Shown: piece by piece, positions 37,991 to 46,053 of the stretch
How positions within the stretch are numbered: position 1 is the first letter of the stretch
How the letters are laid out: each line of letters opens with the position of its first letter
Origin: Catajapyx aquilonaris
Lineage: Eukaryota
Direction: 5' to 3'
Assembly (NCBI GenBank): GCA_000934665.2
Contig: KZ538822.1
Span: forward strand, 1-46,053
DNA: 46,053 nucleotides
The notes under the pieces: generated by a model
What the model was told of the DNA's origin: nothing
What the model saw: the letters and a program-made list of their open reading frames with translations, nothing else
Database searches by the model: none
Program-made: the position numbers and the translations under genes

Positions 37991-40900
37991 GAATCCAAGA
38001 AGGAAACCTCCAAAGTTGGGCTCTCCCCCACGTTTTCCTCTCACTTCGCCACCTATGACGCATTATGGCATTCCGTGATGCGCCATTTATCTGCAGTGCC
38101 TGGTGCACAATAGTGGCACGGATCGGTAGGTGGCAGCACGTGCGAGTGGCAGGTGACATTTTGGGCGATAGGTGGCGACAGTTGCGAGTTGTAGTAGACA
38201 CTGAGGCCAACAGATGACACCGGCCGGAAGCTTAGCACGTGGCTTTGTTTCCTTTGTTGCACAGCCGAATTGCAAGTTATCGATATAAAATATACAATAC
38301 GTTATTTACAAATGATACAGTTCGGATATCTTGAAACTCACTCTGGGATTGGTTAAGGTTGTGCAATATTTCGATGTATTACACATGATATAAATATTAT
38401 CTTCAAGTTATACGTACATGATCGACTGGGATTTGCAATATGCTATTTTCGATGGCGGTATGCAAAATTACGGTTTTATATACACTACATCACATAAAAA
38501 TAAATATAGTATCAATTTTCCATAAGGAAATCCGGATACCGCATAGTGCCTCTGTAATAATGAAGTAGATGCTCATAGCTTATTGCATGGCAAATAGGGA
38601 AATGATGGATAATATGCTAATAAGAAATATTTATCCTTCCAATCATACACCACACCTGAATATTTTATAGTTGCGTCCTTGAACTGAGGAATTTTGACCA
38701 TTTTCTTCATTTGCATGGTTTCCTTTACGCACCTGCTATTATTACATGCTGACTGTTGGTACCAACAAAATACTCCTTACGCCTTTTGTTTCCATTCAGC
38801 CGTTCATGATGTTCTGCACACTACTCATTTACTTATGGGCTGCAATCTTTTGTCAAATACGTAATTAGAAGAAAAGTGCGCTTCTATGCCCTTGCAACGA
38901 TAACTAATACNNCCCCCCCCCCCAGAGGTACTTGAAATTACTTCGTTTCATTTGCATTTAGACAAAGTGACGGAAACATGCCAAAGTGAATTCAGTAACT
39001 TCCATCAATTCTTTGACGCTGTTTGAAAAATGTCTATTCTCTTCCAAGTTCTGCCTACAAATGATTCGCAATTAGGCGCAATGTTCATTTGCATAGACCA
39101 CGTCAGAAAGGCACTGTAGTCAAATCACGAGCTGCATTTTAAGAATAAGCTCTATGAATCAGCATTATATTCATACGCTGAAGTTGTTTCAGTTGCCAAA
39201 AACAGGGCATGTTCCATCAACTTATACACTAATAAGGAATTTGTAGATTTCTTCCGCTGCAGGATATTCCCTATAAGTGCCGCCAAATTATAGTAACCTG
39301 AATTTGTACAGGATATCGCCAATTTTTGTTACTCCAAAATGCATGGTTTCGCCCAAAATGGTATAGACCAACACAATTTTCGGTCCGGCCAAACATAAGC
39401 ACACCTTGACTTTCTTTTGTGCGTCAGCCAAACCGATATCGATTAGTATACCAACTGCTACTTGACTGTCACAAAAACGGCATTTTGCCGCTTCCCGGGT
39501 GGTACTCACTAGCTGCAATATACATGAACTTACAGTTAGTGAAACGTCACAAAAGAAATGCATCAAGTAGAACAGGCATGTATTATATCCCAATTGCGAA
39601 TGTTGCAAAATAGTTAAACAATTGTCTTAGTCTTCGGGATTGCAGTTGGACCAATCATAATATTGGTATTTCCCAACCGTAGCAGACTATGTGAGCCCAA
39701 CTTTACAATCATGTCGTTTATTAATTAATTATTATAAACAAATTATTGTTACAATACCATCGCCTTTACTAGAATATTTATCGAAGCCTCCACGTGTCCA
39801 ATAGCATGCGCATTACCGCTGTGTCGATATCGGTGGCCACACTACAATTATCCGCATTACATTGGAACTGATGATGGCAATTAGGATACCCTGAATCACA
39901 GCATGTACGATATGGAGTGGAGTACAATAGTGTCATTGTCATGAAGCCTATGTCCATGATAAATCAGCACGAGCACCAATCAGTGGTTACCGCGGTTTTC
40001 GCCATATTACACCCGACGGTTATCATGAGACTGGTGCTGTTTCCTCTGGTATCCACTGTCGGTTGCTATCATTTTGCAAGCGGTTTTCGTCAAGTGTTTC
40101 TCTATACGTACAGCTTCACCACAAATTGGTACACTTCATACTGTATATCCAAGCAAAGCCGGCTGCCATTTCGTGAGCCCCCAAATAACATTAGGAGCTA
40201 GCAGACTACCTACTAAATGCCCTTTCCTCCCGGAGGCCCCGGAGGCCATCTTTGGTACCCGCCTCCACCTCAGAGACCTCTACTTATCAACGGGAAATAA
40301 TGTTTGAAGCAGATGTCCTCCTGAGAACCCTTTGATTACAATGGAAGCAGCGGATTGGACACGCAAACCCTCTCTTTTCTTCTGGAGGCTCCCAAACAAG
40401 TCCATGGATGGTTGGATACGGGACACAATCCGGTCCAACCTTGAAATTCCTCCTACCAGCTGCCAGATGCTCCCAAAGGAATTTTTGGGAAGCCGAAAAA
40501 CATCCATCTGGGCCACAGGCTTGTCAGAAAGTTGAAAATGGCGCAGATGCGTGAGTCAGCTCTTGACGCATTCACATCGATTCCGTACATCCGTTTTTTT
40601 TGTTTTTTTTTCAAGTCCTGAGGCATATCATGACATCAAAATTGTCTTAAACGTCGCTCACACTAGGTGATAAATCCGGGTCACTGGGCCACCATGTTCA
40701 AAAAAATCACGGATCCAAGATGGCCGCTTCTGATCCATTCTTAACGAATCCTGGGACCAGAAATGGCTCACACACAAAAAATAGAACTCCCAACTATTCT
40801 CTTTGATGTCACGAGGTGGAATTAAATCCTAACGAAGAAACTGGACTTTATTCAGGAAAGTGCAAAGCCTTTTTATTGATTCATGGTAGCTTAGGGCTTC

Positions 40901-41324
40901 ACCAGTGGCACCTCTGTGCACGGTGATGACGCAGTTATTAATTACTTACAGGATAATCTATACTTTCGACCTTTCTGTTTCTAGACTGCACTAACAGGCC
41001 GCTGAACCGCAAAACCATGAATTTTTGATAAGCGTCAATCAATCCTTTGCCCAAGAGACAGATGTCGCTATTTTGAAGCGTATGTGGAACGCCGACCATA
41101 TAATTCTAGTGGATGGGAAAGTCATCACGGTCAGAAATGGGACCATTGTTGTGGCTCCCATTCGCAACACTGTTGCACTACACGCAAAATAATTCCAGCA
41201 GTTTTAAACGTTCACTTTCACCTTTGAGATATGTTAAGGGATTTTTATTCACAAATCACAATTATTGTGAAAAAATCCAATCCAAGTCGAATGCAATATT
41301 TTCTTTCAATTTAATGAGACGTTC

Positions 41325-41353
41325 GTTGGGTTGCATCATGCCAGGATGAAACA
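41325..41353 (+). repeat. Dispersed exact 29-mer (copy 2)
   Basis: Identical to 25883-25911; the flanks differ. Confidence 0.85.
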
Positions 41354-42582
41354 GTCCATGTGGAAGCATGCTTCTATTTCAAGGCGAAAAAAAAGTGGAA
41401 AAACCGCAAGTACAATTTGTCAAGTTTGGGTCACGTAACATCGCGTTTTCAACTCTCTGAAAATATATTTATATCCAAACTTATTCAACAAACTGTCAGT
41501 CCCGCATAAATAACTGCAACCGGCTCTTCAATTTACATGCTTAATATGTTTAAAAAATAACCTGACCGCATTTTTACCTTGCACGTGACCAATCAACTGG
41601 GCGTGACCCACCCAATAAAAGACATCTCTGTGAGGTAACCAACGACCTTCACATCCACCTGCCATCCAGAAAAGGTCACCTGCAACACTTTTTTTTTTAA
41701 GCCTTCCCCCCCCCCCCAAAAAAAAACCCCCTTCCCCACTTTTGAACCTCACACACCCTACAACACACCCAACCCCCACCACCCCTCAAACTACACCCTA
41801 CCACCATTTCAAGCATTGCGATCAATAGAATAAAGCCAGCCTGGATACCGAGGCTACAACAGACTCCTCTCCAAAACTGCTACTTCTGCACACGATATTA
41901 CAAACTTTTTTTTTGTAAAAAAAAACTATTATTTTATAGTGAGGTCGAAAAGCTAGGAAATTATCTCATGAGCTCATTATCTAGAATTAATTGGACGTGC
42001 CTCCGACGGGTTAAAAATTTAATGTGCGTCTATCAGTGCAGCAGGTTAAACACTTTTCTACCACATTAGAGATAGATCGTGCCTATTTTTTTTTGGAGAA
42101 TGGCAATATCAACTTTTGCGCAATATGGTGGCAGCCTCAGGTCTTTAAAAAGGAAGCGCGGGGTTTTCGAGGAAGGCGTAATTTACGAGCAAGCGTTACT
42201 ATGGCAACACTTGGGCGACGTCGCCAAAATGCTTACTGGCCTTGGTAACTCTTCCAGTAACTTTTTTTTAATCCATGTGCAACCCCCCTTTAGACACTGT
42301 GACCTTCGCAAATAAATGTGTGCAAAATCTGGTTAAAGCGATGAGTTTTTTTTTTTTTTTTTTACAGCTTCAGACCGAGCTGTCGAGGGTTTTTCTCCAG
42401 TGGCGATGTCATGTTTGCATAACATTCGGTATAACTGACTTGTCATGTGTCACTGCTCATTAACGAAGTGCGCATAAATCCGGGAGCTGCATTATTAATC
42501 AAGCTGGTCTTTAAGGTCGAAAAAGCTTTAACATTGGGCAGAAATGATGCAGTTTTAGTTTTGAAATACAGAAAGGGACACC

Positions 42583-42727
42583 AGATATCACGAATTGTGC
42601 GAAATATCGAAAATATCGAAAATATCGAACATCGATATCTACATAATTTTTTTTTGCAAATTCGATTTAAGCATTTAAAGTACACATCGTTGACATGGTC
42701 GGAATATCGAAATATCGTACAGCCCTA
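42583..42727. mobile_element. Single end of a hAT-like non-autonomous element with ATATCG subterminal repeats
   Basis: (aaatatcga)n repeats end in atatcgaaatatcgtacagcccta. The reverse complement TAGGGCTGTACGATAT resembles TAGGGCTG-type hAT termini; the partner end was not securely found. Confidence 0.55.
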
Positions 42728-44325
42728 TATGGACGCTTTGAGATCGTCACACAATGGCATGACAGCGATTATTAACGGCAGAAAATTCAAAATTATTGTT
42801 GCTAATCATTGCGCCAGCAGGAGAGTACGTCGTAATCACCCTGTATTGAAAGTCGTACACGTAAAAAATTATAGCGTGAAACGCCTGTTAAAATTTCGCT
42901 ACGGCTTGTAAAAAGGCGATATATACCAAGTGCCACATCTGCAAATCCTTCAAATCTCATTTCAGTTACAGACACCATATGGCACAACTAAAAGGCAGCA
43001 GGATTAGTTCATTTAAAAATTAAATAAACTCTTCCAATATTTAAAACGTCAGCGGATTTTTCAGCATCGACGCAAACGCCGCCGTTGGGCAAACGCTAAC
43101 CACACGCAGAGCATGAAACCACCTTAATGGCCTAATGGAAAATTATGGGCAACTCGACGTTATAATGGCGACTAATGAATATCCAATAACATAACATGAT
43201 TATGTTTTGCACTAAATATTTTGCCATGTAAAACCATTTCCCGAGCAGCAATATACATCAGCGTCATATTTGGTGTGTCCAAAATGGCATTTCACATTTT
43301 TTTTCCTGATTACAAAACCTGCACATGACCAACTGTCATTTTTACGCTCAACTGCACCTTCATTTCCATGCATGGAAACTATGATAGCTGGTTAAAATTC
43401 GCTATTTTCCACACACTCGCAGCTTGCGAAAGTTGCCAAATATTTCCTCTCCCGCTATAATTAAAAAAATTTATATATGATTCGCGGATTAATGTTGCTT
43501 GTACCGCTTGAACGACCGAGGTACAAAATGAACATTCAGCACATTTTGCGCATTTTGGACCAAATTAAAACCACTTTGATATGCTAAGCACATTAACTCT
43601 AATAAGCGAGCAGTTAATGAATTAGCCAGCGCATTTTATGCGGTATAATGGTACGTGTATATGTGAATTGTATGACAAAAATGGATGGAGAAAAAATTGT
43701 AAAGGCATGTGCGCTACAGGAACAAACAAAAAATATAGCACACGGAATATCAACAGATTTCCATCTTGAATTATTCAATCCGTACATCCGATCAAGAATG
43801 CAACAAATAATCGATTCTGTGATTTCTTTTCATCCGGGAATTGGAACAATCGGCAGTGTTGCCATAGGATGTTATAAGCATTGATGCAACCCAAAAAATG
43901 AAATTATACACTAATTAATATTTATCCTCCACACACTGATATTACATATGTGAATCCTATAAATTTGACATAATCCCACGCCTAATTATTATCTGGTGGA
44001 AAGAGCAATCATAAAAATTCATGCACCCCAGTCAGTGGCAGTCAAAACATATTCCCCCTTTCCATACCGCATTAAATATAAAATAGCACAGAATTTCAAA
44101 ATCATCATTCCAAAATATTGTTTGCCAAATTCAGTAATTGATGTGTGCGATTGGGTGCATTCATATTAACAACACTAACCAAATCTGTGTTCAGCTAGCG
44201 TGACAATTTACTCCTATCTATGTGACATCCCAATCCGAGGGAATAGTGCAATTTGCAGGGTATGTTTCAATGCAAACATATGAATTCCCTATGAAGTTGG
44301 TCAATCTCAAAACTGGCCCAAAAAT

Positions 44326-44346
44326 GACCCAGGTTCGATTCCCGGC
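44326..44346 (+). other. tRNA T-arm/B-box-like fragment (possible decayed tRNA-derived SINE head)
   Basis: gacccaGGTTCGATTCccggc; no complete cloverleaf and no clean A-box. Confidence 0.25.
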
Positions 44347-44584
44347 TCGCATATTTTTCATGGTACTTTCCCCAGTGATTGTAGCAAATTATTTCTCAAA
44401 ACAGGTTCTTTCTCCCACCCTTATTAATCAGTCCCACACGTATAGAGAAAATACAGAAAATAGGGGATGATTAAGGCAATTTCTCCTGTAAGAAGCTCAG
44501 CTTGGGGTTTTAAAAAACTATTATGGCCACCTAGGCCTACGCACTTCAATCTTTACCATTAGCCATTTTAGACTAATAATAAGT

Positions 44585-44827
44585 GAAGACATCGGGGGAA
44601 GAACGATCAAGGTCCACCTCATGTGAAACAGATATTGCAATTTCAAATTTCGAAGGCCCATAAGGTCCTATTGTAAATCCCACTTTTGGGGGCCTTCCAT
44701 AGTGACCTATGATCATTCACAATCACGGTCAAACCATCATATTCTACACTAGTGAAACTATCTTCTGAGCTATGCAACTCATTTTTGAAAAAAAGTTGAC
44801 CTTGATCGTTGTTCCCCCGAGGTCTTC
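44585..44827. mobile_element. MITE family I with 30-bp TIRs and exact 4-bp TSD (AAGT)
   Basis: aagt|GAAGACATCGGGGGAAGAACGATCAAGGTC ... GACCTTGATCGTTGTTCCCCCGAGGTCTTC|aagt; the TIRs match 28/30. Confidence 0.9.
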
Positions 44828-45582
44828 AAGTAGAGTAGAAGGATCACAGCTTACTGGGCCAATTGTTCATGAACAATACTAGTAAAATGCAGAGTACATA
44901 AATGGAGAAAAATAATCGACTCATTCCACTTTCAGTTACTGTATTTTTTAGCAGTCGCTATCATCAGTGGAACATCAACTGTTGGAAAATGTCCGCAAGG
45001 GATGGTAATTGATATTCATATCCAGCCCTGGAGGAGTTTGTCAAATTTAAACTAAAAGGTAAACTCCCACAGTTTTAGTAAAACGATGGAATACTGAAGC
45101 AATGAAGCTTCAGGCTGCAATCAAATTACAGGGTGAATAATGTAAGGAGAAGCCTCTGACACACATCTTGCAGTGCTCTATGTGTTGTCATGTTCGGATG
45201 AACAGTACATGAACACCAACTGTGCACTTATTTATAATGTAACATCTACATATATAAAAGGCAACGTTTGTCGGTTTGTCCCATTTTGTACGGAATGGAT
45301 GCTGAACGGGTACGGGACGGGGGCATGGCAACGGGTTTTCATGATAACATCAACTCAATACCATGGTAACAATGACAGCAGAAAGTTTGCACATATCTAT
45401 GTGTTTGTCCGGGCTTGTTTCGGCCAGACGCAACCTGATCATACTCAGATGTTCGGCCGAAACATTATTTGACATACAGGGTGTGTCATAGCTTGTCCAG
45501 GATACAGGGTGGCCCAATGCACCTTGCCCTGTCACCAGTGGCCATGCAGTAAAACCGCGCGTAATTGAAACAACTGAGTTGA

Positions 45583-45950
45583 ACTTACCGTGTCCGGTGT
45601 AAGGTGTAAAGGATCGAAGCAACAACACAACACAGAACAGCAGGTGTATTGCCCAAAAAGTTGTTCTAAAAACCAGTCGCACACTATTGCCTGCCTGCCT
45701 CACTGGACAGGACAGACCGGGGTCGGGACAGATGGCGAACCGGACCTGACCGCACCGACACTGCCTCTGTGCCTTGCCTGGCGGGGGAGGCGATGGATGG
45801 GGCCAGGGGAGGAGGAGGAGGGCCACACCGAAGGAGGCAGGCAGGCAGGCGTTCCAAAGGGTGTTCGAAAAAGATGGCGCATGGCAGGTGGCAGCACGGG
45901 GTTGGCAGGGTTCGAAATAGTGCGGCCGGCCTCGTCACAGGTGGCGGGAC
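45583..45950 (-). promoter_or_regulatory. GC-rich promoter-like island with candidate non-coding first exon ending at 45589
   Basis: Among the most GC-rich stretches of the window. Minus-strand donor ACG|GTAAGT (45588-45583), YY1-type AAGATGGCG 45871-45879 (plus orientation) and CTCF-like GGCAGGTGGCAGCA 45883-45896. Confidence 0.45.
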
Positions 45951-45956
45951 TTACTC

Positions 45957-46053
45957 CAGTGTTACCAGATGTACCATAATTATGGTATTCATACCATAAT
46001 TTCGGGTTCCGTACCATGTACCATAATGGTACGCAAAAAGTACCATTATTTTC
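45957..46053. mobile_element. Left end of a probable hAT-like MITE, truncated by the window edge
   Basis: Begins CAGTGTTACCAGAT, followed by repeated taccata/tatggta subterminal motifs. Confidence 0.55.

Noticed and set aside
40716..40806. CAAGATGGCCGC YY1/Kozak-like start
   Set aside because: The frame closes after 28 codons with no donor, and this word is common in transposon remnants.
38354..42727. Possible 4.4-kb hAT element bounded by taaggttgtgcaatatttcgat and atcgaaatatcgtacagcccta (18/22 inverted match)
   Set aside because: The flanks (ggattggt vs tatggacg) give no 8-bp TSD and there is no transposase remnant inside. More likely two independent decayed ends.
42447..42911. 154-aa plus-strand ORF
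   Set aside because: It runs through the ATATCGA repeat element (NIENIENIE is repeat-derived), starts at a non-ATG codon and has no recognisable domain.
45350..46017. Overlapping 76-158 aa ORFs on both strands
   Set aside because: Expected from stop-codon scarcity in GC-rich DNA; the peptides are low-complexity with no family resemblance.

Overview
This is eukaryotic genomic DNA, most likely from an invertebrate animal (inferred from repeat style and motif content; no species claimed). It has no prokaryotic features: no operons, long ORFs, CRISPR arrays, rRNA or intact tRNA. Almost all ORF-track entries (60-158 aa) look like chance ORFs or by-products of repeats. The best-supported content is a dense set of short non-autonomous fold-back transposons (MITEs) from about 9 unrelated families. 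Several have recognisable target-site duplications (TA, a degenerate 8 bp, a 4 bp AAGT), and four occur twice in the window. Other direct observations are a perfect 36-bp palindrome, a TATCGATA-rich minisatellite, hAT-like ends and a dispersed exact 29-mer. Weaker, inferred signals point to minus-strand transcription. One is an NRF1/ETS/CCAAT promoter-like cluster at ~28.3 kb, next to a 15-nt exon-like segment whose terminal ATG splices in frame onto an unrecognised 108-codon ORF. Others are a GC-rich candidate first exon with a consensus donor at ~45.6 kb and a strong excess of poly-G runs on the minus strand. I found no evidence for a complete novel multi-gene system. The most promising leads are the candidate small spliced gene at 27.7-28.4 kb and a MITE family carrying a fixed pair of CRE sites.
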